A stretch of 64,000 nt of DNA from Azolla caroliniana. Taxonomy: Eukaryota > Plantae > Polypodiophyta. This document shows, in pieces, positions 10,698 through 23,523 of this stretch. The notes beneath the pieces are model-generated. The model was not told the origin of the DNA. It ran no database searches and saw only the letters and a list, made by a program, of their open reading frames with translations. The stretch covers positions 1,736,001 through 1,800,000 of the forward strand of contig JBHGNT010000018.1 in the NCBI GenBank assembly GCA_043228905.1, given 5' to 3'. The translations under genes and the position numbers were made by a program. How positions within the stretch are numbered: position 1 is the stretch's first letter; the number at the start of each line of letters is the position of its first letter.

Positions 10698-12640
10698 CTC
10701 ACGTTCCTGTCCTTCGGAAATGGGTGCCGATGTTGCTTGCCGAATTGGTAGGCTGCACATATGCCAATCTCTTTCTCTTTGAAGGTCGGGAGTCCGATGA
10801 CGACCCCTTTAGATTGCATTGCCTTGAGCTTTTGGAGATTGATGTGGCCAATTCCCTTGTGCCACAACTCTATGTTGGTGTCGGCGTTGGTGCCTTTTGC
10901 AAACATGACCGATTTCATCTCGTGCGAGTCGAGAATGAACATTTGGCCCTCTCTTCGTCTGCAAGCGATGAGTCGACCATCTTTCTTGATGAAGCAACCG
11001 CCTTGATTAAATCGAACTTGCATCCCTTGCTCAACAACTTGGCCAACGGAGACCAAATTCTTCGTAATGGTTGGTACATGCAAGACATTCTTAATGTAAG
11101 TTTGGTTACCTTCTTTTCCGAATGGAACATTGCCGATGTGCCGAATTGGATGAGTAGTGTCGTCTCTGGTTTTGGCATAGCCGGGTCAGTCTGGCTCTCG
11201 AAGTTCTCGGAACCATTCTTGATGAGACGTCATATGGTTCGAGGCACCGGAGTCGACGAACCATACATCTTCAGAACTAGAGGCACTATTCAAAGTAGAA
11301 GCCGACATAGAATTTTCTTTATATCTCATCACGAACATTCCGCCATGATCATCATAGACCAAGTTGTTGGCGTAATTGGTGAGTTGTTGGCTTGTGGAAG
11401 CCGACTCACGCTTCTTCTTTCTGCATTCTTCTTCATGGTGGCCGATTTTGCCGCAATATCTACATTTGGTCGAGGTTTGTCGCCTTGGACCAGAATGGAA
11501 GCTCCCCCTTCTTCCGAAGGTTCCTTGATGGCTTCCATCTTGTTGCCGAAATTGGGAGTTGTTTTCGTAAGTTGGACCTCGTCCACCTTGTCCTTGGCCG
11601 AATCGGCCTCTTGTTTGGCCGCGTCCTCTTCCTCCGTTCGAATGCGTGTACAACACGTGGCCTTCCGAGGCGTTGCTCCTTGTTTGAACCTAGTTTTCTT
11701 CAACCAATAACATGGATTGAAGATCGGAGAAAGAGGGAGGATTCGCCCTTGCTAGTATGGCGGTCCTCATTGCATCGAACCGTGATACGAGGCCACCGAG
11801 GCATATTTACACCATCTCATCATCCTCCACGTTGACGCTTATCGAGCCGAGGGAGTCACAAAGCTCCTTGATCTTCAAGGTGTAGCTCCTGATGGACATG
11901 TCTCTTTGTTGAATGTTATTCAACTCTTGGCGGAGTTGAAGCTTTTCTGCGGTTGTGTTGGCCGCAAAAATCTTCCTAAGATTCTCCCCTACTTCCTTCG
12001 GCATCTCGGGTTCTCGAATATAGCCGAGCATCTGGTCATGAACACATGTCGCCAAACAATACATCACTCATCTTGCGACTTGCTCCCATGTTGAGTATTC
12101 GGCGTCCTTTGGGTCAAAATGATTTTCTTGTGCTCCTTTGATGTAGCTCCAATAGCCTTGGCCAACAAGGTATTGGTGCATCTTGTACTCCCAAGATAAA
12201 AAGTATTCATTGTCGATGAAGATCTCCTTCTTCTTTTCCTTCTCTCTTGAACACAAGCTATGTAGTCACACTACGATAACGATGAGTTGGTTCTTCTTGA
12301 ACATCGACATAGAGCACGACACATGCGGATGGGCTAGATCGAACTACCAAACCCATCTGATACCATGTAAAGAATCAGATATGATTCTTGTGCAACGAAA
12401 GAGATGTGTGTTATGTGTATGTGTGAGAGGAAAGAGAGGAGAGAAGAGAAAACACAAGATAGATTAAAAGAGGAAATGAATTACTCAAGAAGAAGAAGAT
12501 GGATATTAACAAGGAGAATGTGAAATACAAAAATGTAGCATTACAAGGAGTCACAATCGACTCTATATGAAGTAGGAGGAGGGTGCTTTATATAAGGTCA
12601 CCCTCTCTCTTCATTAACTCACTACAACGCCCACTCTCTT
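10698..12640 (-). mobile_element. Ty1/copia copy A: 5' LTR (from 12366), PBS, gag, protease, GAG-pre-integrase
   Basis: PBS TGGTATCAGA (tRNA-iMet) at 12365-12356. Gag FLSWEYKMHQYLVGQGYW, zinc knuckle CRYCGKIGHHEEEC, protease WFVDSGASNHMT, and LWHKGIGHIN. Truncated at the integrase zinc finger. Confidence 0.92.
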
Positions 12641-12862
12641 CGTGGTGGGGAGGCTGGTTATAAGTTATGTGGACACTCATTGAAATCAATTACCTCACTG
12701 TAGCATTACAAGGAGTCACAACCGACTCTATATGAAGTAGGAGGAGGGTGCTTTATATAAGGTCACCCTCTCTCATCATTAACTCACTACAACGTCCACT
12801 CTCTCCATGTGGGGAGGCTGGTTATAAGTTATGTGGACACTCATTGAAATCAATACCTCATT
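12534..12862. repeat. 165-bp tandem duplication spanning the LTR/LINE junction
   Basis: TGTAGCATTACAAGGAGTCAC...GAAATCAAT(T)ACCTCA starts at both 12534 and 12699. Confidence 0.9.
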
Positions 12863-13370
12863 GTTTTTGGAATTGTGCAGAGGCGATCAACATTTGGGGT
12901 AGAAGTCTCAGGATAGTGGCAACATGCAGTGTGAATGGGAGAGTTACAGGGGAAGGCATGACAGAACAATTAAACCCACATGGTCATGGATTTATAGTGC
13001 AGGGTGGCAACGTGTTCCAATGTGCCAGAGTGAGACCTGGCACAAACTCTGGTTTTTTTGAGGAGATATGGATGTTGGTGGCATGCTTATCGATCTAGCA
13101 CATTTGGACCAAGCGCTTTATTTTTGTTTTTCAACAACGCTCCCATGCGGTGAGGTGTTGCCAAACATTTGGTTTGAGCTGGTATCTTGGTTGTACGGAC
13201 GATACGACTCAATTCAAGGGGACTCAGATGAAGCAAAAAGGGCACGGTCAAAGTTTCTATTGAAATGGGGTGGTTCTCCTATGATGGTCAAATCATCGTC
13301 AGGGCCTAAATGGAACTACCAAGCACCCAGATGGTTGTTTCCGCCAATGGCTTCCATTAGTGGGTAGGAG
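12810..13370 (+). mobile_element. 3' part of the first LINE (zf-RVT and C-terminus)
   Basis: YKLCGHSLKSIPHCFWNCAEAINIW fits the zf-RVT pattern CxxC..ESxxHxxxxC. Same strand as the RT at 3880-5792. Confidence 0.75.
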
Positions 13371-14650
13371 ATGTAAATATGTATAGATGCAGTACAAGTT
13401 ACCATGTAAAAAGAGTCAGTGGGATACTTTTGTTTTAATGAGGGGGTGGGGATTATGATTAATTTTGTGGGGAGAAGTGTGAGTTTTGCTGAATATGGTT
13501 GAACTTTGATGTTTTTTGGGGGAAAAAAAGAACCCACGGAAACCTCAAAGGCTTTTAGAGTTAATTCAAAATTAACCCACACCTAATTGGTATACTAATT
13601 AAGAAATATATAAGTCTTAATTAAATAAATAATCATTTTGTAAGAAACATACGAGGTGTCTCAATTTATACATAATAATCACTAAATAAGAAACATGTAT
13701 ATCTCAATCAAACTACATGGAGGAAGTGAATGTCAAAGGGAGAGAATGAGGACCAAAAGTAGCCCCAAAGGACCCTTTTATATAAGAGCTATTGCCCTTT
13801 TATACAAGCTGGAAACCCTAAATGGTACCTTTCACATTACAAGCCATTAATCATTCTTCCCTAATAAACGACAGTCCTCCACAAATTACAATATGCCCAT
13901 GTTTCTTATGTATGTTGGGCTCATGACCATTATTTTAGGTTAGGACTATTTACTATAGTAGTTACTCTATTGGTGAATACAATTAACTTTTCATACTCTA
14001 AAGGTGCAAGGTGCAAATCTTGCCTTACATGAATACATCTATGTGGCATATTAGGCCTACACACATATTGTTATTTTTTTTTCCCTATCTTGGTGATTGG
14101 AGTTGCCTTTTGAAAGAACCAACATGAACCTCGCGAGGAACTATGCCCGTTGATGATGTGAGTTTCATGAAGTTGTAATGTGAGGACTTGTCTTTTTTCA
14201 AATCTTGTTCCAAATCATGTAACTTTGTGCACCGTACTTGAAATCACAAACCGAGATATCTGACATGATCGTTGTTCAATAGTGACTAGCATTAGAAAAA
14301 AGATTACATAATTTAATTTAATGTGTATATCAAAAAGCAAAATATATCTGAAAAGGATTAATCTAAATCATATACAATGACATAATCTTGACTCTATTAC
14401 ATGGAGTGCTTCGAAAAAGTAGATAGATAAAGAAGTTAGAGATGTAGGATTGTGTCGTTTCCGTGTGCCCCACGGAAGTCCCTCTATGAATCGATGGAGT
14501 TTTGTCTCGCACCGATGTCGTTAGCCATGAGTCTGGACAAGTGTATACCTTTTTCGCTGCGAACCGGACGAAAGTGGTTGTCAAGCACCTTCAAGCCACT
14601 AGTGTGTTTCGCTTTTACTTATTAGTACTTAATCTCTCTCTATATATATA

Positions 14651-14772
14651 TTGCTTTACTCAATTAGCATTATGTCTTGGGTTCGAAACCCAATTATCTC
14701 ACCTCTCTATTACATACTTCATACATATATCTCTTTTAATTCACTAGATGCCAATGTGGAATGTAGGGGTTG
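14651..14772 (-). mobile_element. Truncated third copy of the SINE family
   Basis: Reverse complement CAACCCCTACATTCCACATTGGCATCTAGTGAATTAAAAGAGATAT...TTGGGTTTCGAACCCAAG matches 3274-3360. Confidence 0.75.
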
Positions 14773-15219
14773 TACTCTCTCTCTCTCACTTTACTCTCTC
14801 TTACACAAAGATTACTCTCTCTTACACAAAGAGGATATATTATTATTAAAACACCACTTCTTAATACAAGGAGGTTTAACACCATACAAGAGGAGGCGAT
14901 TAGGGTTTAGCTTACTTAGCTCTTAATCCTAATGTCTCTTAGCTCTTATAAAAGATTAAGAAGATAGAAGAGGATCTCTTCGTGTACTAATGGAAAGGAG
15001 AAATCCTAAGAATGAAAAAGAGCTACGAAAGACACCAAAAGGTGGCTTTTATAGCTTCTACAAAGTGGGTGCCTTCCTTTCACACTAGGTTGTCCATTTG
15101 ACTACATTGCTTCCTTCTTCTTTTGTCTATCCCTTTTTTCCTATGGCTAGTTGAGCACTTTGACCTTTGTTGATGCCGCATTCTCCACGACCAATGTGCT
15201 AGGTGCTAGATACTTAACA
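14771..15219. mobile_element. Possible solo LTR interrupting the SINE
   Basis: TGT...AACA-bounded segment that starts exactly where SINE homology stops. No TSD or second copy seen. Confidence 0.3.
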
Positions 15220-16449
15220 AGAATTTCTAGGTAGAGCTCCAGAGGGATATACTTGAGTTTTTGTTTAGAGTACCATCAAAATGTCTTCGTTACCTCTTGT
15301 CATCTGTAGTCCCTAATACCCGCTTGATTTGCTACCCCAAGCTCGTTTGAGATTCTGGTAATGCGTCCGCCTTTATTCAAAATCTTCCCACACCAAAGAC
15401 CTCTCCTCTCCTTTTTATAGGTTTTACGAGGGCCCTTATAAAAAATTAAGTTTCTTTTCGTAGCACTTAATCACGAGACTCAACTAGTACAAAACATTTA
15501 CGTTCCTTTTCGTTTGTACCACATACCTCAACATATACCTTTATATGGTTTCTGTTTGTAGTATTTAACCTTGAGACTCGACTAACACAAAACATTTACG
15601 TCCCTTTTCATTTGTACCATACACCTTTATGTTTACTATAAATCACCTTTTTCATTATAAAATTTGATTTCTTGATGTTTCATTCATAATATAAGCTCTT
15701 TGACAATTGAACTAAGTTTTTTTATTATCTTTCACTTTACCTTTTCCATAACCTTATTTTCATACATTTGCCATGTCCTTATCTTTTTTATATATTTAGT
15801 TTAACTTATTCCCTCGTTTGCACTCCTCATATCACGACAACGCTATCTTAACCACTCTCTTAATACTTAATACTTTAAATGAAATTAACAATGACTGCTT
15901 CATACTTGGATGTTTAGCTTAAGGTAATCAAAACATTTCTATGAGAGAGGAATAGTAGAATATTTAAAGTGTAGCTCAAGTAAGCTTCCAATTTTGGAGA
16001 GCCCCCAAAATAACTATTGAATTACAATGTACTACACAACTATCAATGGGTTGTTCTTTGTAGGATCTATGTTCTTCTTTGGTTGGTTTCATTACAATAG
16101 ACATGCTCCAAAGTTAGCTTGGTTCCAAAACATAGAATCCATGTTGAATCACCAATTGGACATCTTTTAGGTTTAGGATCTCTCACATGGGTGGAGATTT
16201 ATAAGTGTGAAAATAGGCTAAATGTGGCTTTGGTAGTTGTAGGTCTTTACATTGCTTGTAGGTCTTGTCACGCATGCATGACTACAAAGCCATCTCTCTT
16301 GTTCCTTTTTCCTTGAACCAAACTTGCCCTTGGGTAACGCTATCAATGCCCATGTTGTTGGTGCGTTCATTTAAAGATGGAGATAATAAACTATATTAAT
16401 ATGTAGATAATGGAATATCTATAGCTTTGTTTTTTCTTCTTCTTCTTTT

Positions 16450-19400
16450 GTCCAAAAAAAGATAATACATTAGTATTAAGAAACGCCACGCCCTAAGGCT
16501 ATACATAAAAGATGTACCTTTTGGTAATTAGCTCCTTTTCTAAATTCTAATCGTCAGCTTAAGTAAATACTTCGGTATAGAGTAGAGTCACTCCATCTTA
16601 TCAGAAATCCGTTTATGAAATATGGATTTGTCCCAACTGGTATGAAACTCCAATTGTTTGAGCTTCGCATTTTGCGTATTATCTTTTATGATATCCAAAG
16701 AACCTCTGAGATTACCCACAATCTCTGTCCAAATCCCAAATAAGCTATTCGGGATGAAAGTTTCAAGGGAGTTCAACCCGCTCAACGTGTCATGATATTA
16801 GAGCTTGATAAAACAAAGTTATCTGGCCAGGTCTTTCAATCACATTTTGGAATACGTTTAAACATCGATCCTTCCAAATATACCAAATTGTGATACTACT
16901 TACCAATTACCATATTTTAGGTTTATCAATCTCTATTTGTGGATTCAAAGGTATCATTGTTTTTTGCATCAAACCATGTTTAACAACAATAGCATCTACA
17001 ACATCCTCTTGTTCATATACCATTGGTTTATCTTGTACCATCGCTCATAATACCACTCCCCATGTATACACTACTTGAGGATATAATGTTATTAACAATA
17101 TTATGATTCTTTTCCTAGAGTGAAGTTCAATGTCACCCAAAAACCCATTGATTAATTCCAATTAATTGATGCACCTAAAGTCATACAAAAAGTTTGTGTT
17201 GTTGTATACATTTTCTGCAAATTAGTAATCTAACCATCTAGATACAAACTTGTATCATTAGCAAATTCTACATCTACAACATTTGCCCCATCAAGGGGCA
17301 TAGTTATTCCTTTCAATCCAATATCTTTAGAAGCCAGAAACAAGCTCATAGCATCAGCAAAAAACAATGGTGCTTGATGACATCCATGTTGTACACTTTG
17401 AGAATTTTGAAACACGTCACCTTTAACCCCTCCCAACAAAACAGAACTAATAGCCAATTTGTACAAAGAAGACACTCCTATCACCCATTATCAGGAAAAC
17501 CAAGTCTTCCAAGAGTACCTACCATGAAGGAAATCCCAATCAACTCAATCATAGGTTTTTTTCAAAATCAAGTAGTAAAATAGTTAAATCCTCTTTTTTC
17601 TTGCGAGCCAAGGCAACAACCTCCCAAATAAAGAATATATTATCCATAATACTTCTTTCCTGAATGAAACCCGTTTGGGTGTCATGAATCAAATCATGTA
17701 ATAAAGGCTACAATCTCAATGATATTGTTTTTGCAAACTTTTTATATACTCTATTAAACAAAATTATTAGTCTCCATTTTTTGATATTGTCTGATATACC
17801 CTCACTCCTAGGTACTAAATCAATCAATCCAACCGCCATACTACGAGGCATACACATAGTATTGAAAATTCTTTGATAAGCTTTCAATAAGTCTTGCCCA
17901 ATATATTTCCAATATTTAAGGGAAAAGTGTGAAGTAATTCCATCCTTCTTGGACAAGACGTAAGACTTAAAGCTTTAAGTGCATTATGTATTTCATAACA
18001 TCAAAGGGCTTCAGTAATGGAACCTTCATTTCTTTGTGACTTTAGGTTTAATTTTGTCCCATACTCGTTGTCATCAAGTAGGACGACTTCACATTAAAAA
18101 ACCACAATAAGATAAATACATAACTAAAATAAAGCGAATCTTAATAGTGTTTAGACCATATTTGTAATGTACATAGAGGTCATATTAATAAAGCAATATG
18201 ATCAATTTAATATATTATATGAAGAGGCAACTGAAGCAAAAAAAAGTATATCCACAAAATTTTCCCATGTTGATAATTCTGAACAATGCATTGTTACTCC
18301 ACTGTCACCACTCCTATCATGAGGATCCTGAATCATATTAAAGTCTCTTACTACACACCAATGATCTATGACTGGCAATGAACAATGCAACTCTATCCAC
18401 ATCTTTAATCCTCTTTAGAAGAAATTGAAGCATACAAATTAAAAAATCTAACCATTTTATTATGAAAGTTAATGCTAACATATTGGGCTATTCCTAACAA
18501 TAAAATCCCCCCATCCAACATATTTACTTGCCATACATAATCAACCTTGGATCTATGTTGATCCATGTGCCAGAACCCACTACGTTTCTTAATTTCCTAA
18601 CAATATTGAGTCACAAACTTTAGTACATCTTTCATTTAAATGGCGTTCTTGTAACATGACTATGTCCACCTGACCAATTATACATTTATGCAACTCCTCC
18701 CGAAATTGTCATTGAGGATCCCCCAAGACTCTGAACATTCTAAGAAATAATCTTCATAGTTATACAAATTTGGACACTAATTGTTTTCTTTCAAACATCT
18801 ATTCTTGTCTTTTTGAGACATATCTTGTGACTTAATCATTCTTTGAAAAGATATGTAATCTTTACTAAATGCATTAGTATGTTTATGTACTCTATGAGCC
18901 GACATCCTACTATCATTTCCTTGGAAGTTTTTTACTAATGAGTATGTGGAAGTTCTCCAATTAGTAGCATCATGAAAGGATTTTGATCCTTCGGCAAGTG
19001 CTTGGACATGGATCTTGTCCATCTCCAATGTCAACTACTCAATTTTCAGTTTGCACTTCCCCCACAACCTCTTGCCCATGCATTGTTTCTGGATCATTTA
19101 TCGGAATGATAATGTGTTATGCATATAAAACCACTTCGCAGCTACATCCCTCCTAATGATCCTCATTGTATGTCTGGACATTGAAATTAGGATCACCCGA
19201 TCTGGATTTTATTTCTTGCACAATCTCTTTGCCACGATGTCTATGGTCAAGTACTTGCCTTTTTCCCAAATCTTTCGTCAACTGAGTTTGTCCTTCTCCT
19301 ACGCATGTTAGCAAATTATATATATTGTCCTTCTTAGGTTGTCATTGTTTCTGGATCATTTATTGGAATGATAATGTGTTATGCATATAAAACCACTTTG

Positions 19401-20460
19401 CAACTACATCCTTCCTAATGATCCTCATTGTATGTCTGGACATTGAAATTAGGATCACCCGATCTGGATTTTATTTCTTGCACAATCTCTTTGCCACGAT
19501 GTCTATGGCAAGTACTTGCCTTTTTCCCAAATCTTTCGTCAACTGAGTTTGTCCTTCTCCTACGCATGTTAGCAAATTATATATATTGTCCTTCTTAGGT
19601 TGTCATTGTTTCTGGATCATTTATCGGAATGATAATGTGTTATGCATATAAAACCACTTCGTAGCTACATCCTTCCTAATGATCCTCATTGTATGTCTGG
19701 ACATTGAAATTAGGATCACACGATCTGGATTTTATTTCTTGCACAATCTCTTTGCCACGATGTCTATGGTCAAGTACTTGCCTTTTTCCCAAATCTTTCG
19801 TCAATTGAGTTTGTCCTTCTCCTATGCATGTTAGCATATTATATATATTGTCCTTCTTAGGTTGTCATTTGGATGTATCCTGCCACATCTTTTTTACTAT
19901 GTGTCTTTTGCCAAGTTGAACCCAAGGACCCCCAACACTTGTTTGCGGCACAAAGGTCCCATTCTTTTACATAAAAAACATTGATTTGGTTAACCAATAT
20001 ATAAAATGTTTTGCCTCTTTCCACATCCCCCATTTTCCAAACAAGGTAACTTCACATATGAAGGCAACTCTCTAGTACATATTAATTTCATTGCTGGTAT
20101 TCCAAACAATTGACCATCTTTGTTATGTATATAAGCATCTAATACTACTCCGATTAAAGCCCCTAACTGATGCAACAATTGATGACATTCCTTAGGCAAT
20201 CCCAAAAAACTTGCAATTAAAACTAGAAACGCATGTTGGGTCTCTTTCATTGGGTCAAAAGCATGTTTCCATTCCTTAAATTTAAAGCTTCGTTTTATGT
20301 TGTTGTTACAAATTGTAACATACGTGAAAATGTAAAACCATGTAAAAAAATGTGTAATTGTTACTCTTCTTTCATAAGTTCATTGTTACAAAAGAACTCA
20401 TTTGAATGCGTATGTCAACACAATACATTTTATATTTACAATTCATGTACACAACTAGGA
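16450..20460 (-). mobile_element. Second decayed L1-like LINE, near full length (ORF1, endonuclease, RT, C-terminus)
   Basis: ORF1-like FLGLPKECHQLLHQLGALIGVVL...NQCFLCK. Endonuclease start MKIIS*NVQSLG at 18757, VMLQE, WCVVRDFNMI. RT motifs KWRLIILFNRVYKKFAKT, QTGF, QHGCHQAPLFF, FANDT. Many stops and frameshifts. Confidence 0.85.
19081..19870. repeat. ~262-bp tandem triplication
   Basis: CATTGTTTCTGGATCATTTAT...CCTTCTTAGGTTGT starts at 19081, 19343 and 19604; the copies are nearly identical. Confidence 0.95.
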
Positions 20461-22108
20461 AATCTAATGACATGGATATTTCCTATAACCATATTGTAGT
20501 TGTAGACGCCAACATTTGTGAATGACAAAAGAAACATGAATCAACCATAAAAGGACATCATAATACTTCACATTCAACCGTGATCTTGTCAGAAAAGTGA
20601 CGAGTCCTATATGCCTTTTTTTGTTAGAGACAACTTGAGTATTTGTACATACGCGACACATCATAATTGTATACATTTATTTTATGAAAACAAGGAGAAA
20701 TGAAAGTTTATATTCATACGTAATATTTAACTCCACTATTGAATTTTTTTAATTTGTAATAGAGAAATCAATATGTAAATAGATGTTATTATCATCTTCA
20801 AAGGTCAAATATGACCTATGATACCAAAAACATAACATTGTCATGTAATACATGTGAACGTGAGTAGCAACTCTTGATGTTCAAGAACTTTACTAATGGA
20901 TGTTGCACACTATGATTGTGAGAAAAAATTGTGCAAGGATTGGGTTTGGGCGAACATGTGTGGAAAGTATAGTTGAATCAAAGGCAAAGTATGATACTCA
21001 AACTCCCTAGGGCAAAGTTTCCATAGAGAGAGAGAAAGGCAAGATCGTGGTGAAGAGATTAAGGATTGAGAGATGATATTGGTGATGTTAGGAGAATAAT
21101 AACATATGAAAAGAAAGCGGGCCCCATGCAAGCGTACCTAATAAACTTATATCCGCCTTCTCCTAAAAATTATTCCAATTTCAAGCCACAAGAAACAAAT
21201 TTCCTACAAATTTTTCAGTTTGCACTCCTTAGAAACTTGGAAATCAATCTCTTTAACCCTTCCCCATGATCAAAAGGCCTCGATAGAATTGTTTGAGCAA
21301 ATATTTCTATTAACAAAACGTAAATACCATCATTGGATTTTGTTGAATAATATTACTAAGGGATGTCTCAAAATTTTGAAGAACTTTTTATTGTAAGAGT
21401 GCATCGTATTTAGAGAAATATGTACCTTCAATTAAAAACATTAGTTGATAGTCAAATAACCAAGCCCACAACACACAAAACCAAATTATTTAAGGCGATA
21501 TATTGAATAAGGTGAATGCAAATTACTCTGAACTCAAAGTTTGTCGAATGCTAGCATTGTGATGCCTTCCTCATGGGATTTGCGGTTGCGTTTCCCCAAG
21601 GTCCATTTCTATGCAAGAAAACGAAAATGCTTCCTTGCACACTCTTCATTAGCCAGAAGCTACTCGCGTAACAGTTCAGAAGGCAGTTGTGGTAGCATAC
21701 GAGAGCATGGTAAACAACAACATAACAATGTGGTTGATTGTTATGTTCCGGTTCAACTTCCGACAGGTATTAGATCTCGATGAAAACCAAGTGCCACCGA
21801 TATGTTCTTGTCAAGGCAGAGCTTCCTATGCGACAAACAAATTGGGGGAGCGTGTGGGCGGAGCTGAAGCGGGACGATCCTTTTGAGCACACGTGTCTTC
21901 TCACGGCTCAAAAATACACGTACATGTGTGTGCGCACACACAAATGTGTCCGCCCACGAAGGCACATGGAAATAGGGGACGCTAAAAAAATAATGCATGT
22001 GTCTAGTGCTTCGTCTCGGGGTCATCGTACAAGGCCTTTTGTTTCTCTATAGAGCCTCCATCTGGCCCCTTCCCGACCTCCTCCTCGTCCATAGAAAAGA
22101 GTAGTGAG

Positions 22109-22589
22109 GAGCATAATACGTAATGTACTCGAATGCATTGGCAAACAATCTTTTTCATACGAATGAAAACGAATGCGTATGTTAGTATAACATTATTATC
22201 TTTTATTTTATTTTATTACACTTTTTACCTTAAAAAAAATTTACCTTATAATAAATAATGAATACAAAAGATTAACCATACTTCGAGGGTGTTTACCATA
22301 CTCGAATGACTGGAACCCATTCTCGAATGCGAATGCGCGTACGGTATGTATGGTTCATACTATGGTGCACACTGCATAGTATGAACCATTCGCGTAAGAA
22401 AAACACCCTGAATGATAAATACCATACTTTTGGATTAACTATTTATTATGAGGTAAATAAGCCTAAAAAATGAAAAAAAAAACATTTAAAAAATGAGAAA
22501 AAGGAAGAATGTTTGAATAACATTCGCATTCGTTTTCCAACGTAGGAAAACGAATGTTAAACGAAGACGAATTTTACGTACTATGCCTG
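22109..22589. mobile_element. MITE-like element pair with CATAGTA..TACTATG termini
   Basis: Outer inverted ends GCATAATACGTAA / TTACGTACTATGC. Internal perfect 14-bp inverted repeat at 22351-22364 and 22375-22388. Many CGAATG subterminal motifs. A homologous copy lies at 39777-40663. Confidence 0.7.
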
Positions 22590-22618
22590 AGCATTGAGGA
22601 CTCAGGAGAGTGCTTTAA

Positions 22619-22828
22619 GAAAGAAGAAGAAGAAGAAGAAGAAGAAGAAGAAGAAGAAGAAGAGACCCTACATTTCTTTAATGCTATAACCGTTAATACC
22701 TAACCCCACCCAAAACCCAAAATCTTCTTCTTCTTCTTCTTCTTCTTCTTCAGAGAGAGAAAGAGAATCATTCCTTCTTCTACTTCAGAAAAAAGGAGAA
22801 AAAGAATGAAGTACTACTCATGACTCTG

Positions 22829-22879
<51 letters not shown>

Positions 22880-23035
22880 TTACACACACACACACTCTCT
22901 CACTCACGTGTTGGTCTCTCTCTCTTCCCCACCCCCCCAAATTCTGTCTCTTTACACCTCTTTTTGTCTTTTTTCTTACACAGCTCTCAGCTGTGCCAAT
23001 GAATCATGCTATCAAATCCGTGCTTACAGGTTATC

Positions 23036-23066
<31 letters not shown>
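22619..23066. repeat. Microsatellite cluster (GAA)n, (TTC)n, (CT)n upstream of the phosphatase gene
   Basis: (AAG)~14 at 22619-22662, (TTC)~9 at 22723-22751, (CT)n at ~22831-22875 and ~23040-23066. Confidence 0.9.
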
Positions 23067-23523
23067 AGCCTTCTTCTCAAGCAATTATACAGTTGCAATT
23101 AAACAGTTGCTATTCAGGCAGATATGTATTTATAGTTCTGCTACTGATGTTCGTTACTCTCCAGGCTCAACTTCAAAATCACTGCTTCAAGAATTTACAT
23201 GTTTTCGGAAGTATGCTGCTATGAAGCCAGTTTATGTGCTTTACATATACTCAACAAAAGCAAATGTCATTTCATGATGATTTGCCACCTGAGGTTTCCT
23301 TTACAAAAAATATAATACACAATCGATAGCCTGATTAAAAAGTCGTTCTCTTCAGATGATACTATAATACATTTAAAAGCAGATGCTGGGGTTGTATCCT
23401 GCTAGAGGTACGTGATATTGTCCAATCTTTTGTGTATATATGCTGTACATATATACATATATTTGGGACACAGATGCATGCCAGCATAGATGCTAATGCC
23501 CATTATTTTTTAATGCCAAAATC

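Noticed and set aside
10679-11710. 343-aa plus-strand ORF
   Set aside because: Antisense to copia gag/protease; no recognisable domain.
20740-20840. Weak similarity to the reverse complement of ~51940-52000
   Set aside because: Short and AT-rich; element boundaries cannot be defined by eye.
21541-22052. Short ORFs, including an LRR-like QVLDLDENQ
   Set aside because: A single weak motif with no exon structure or family support.
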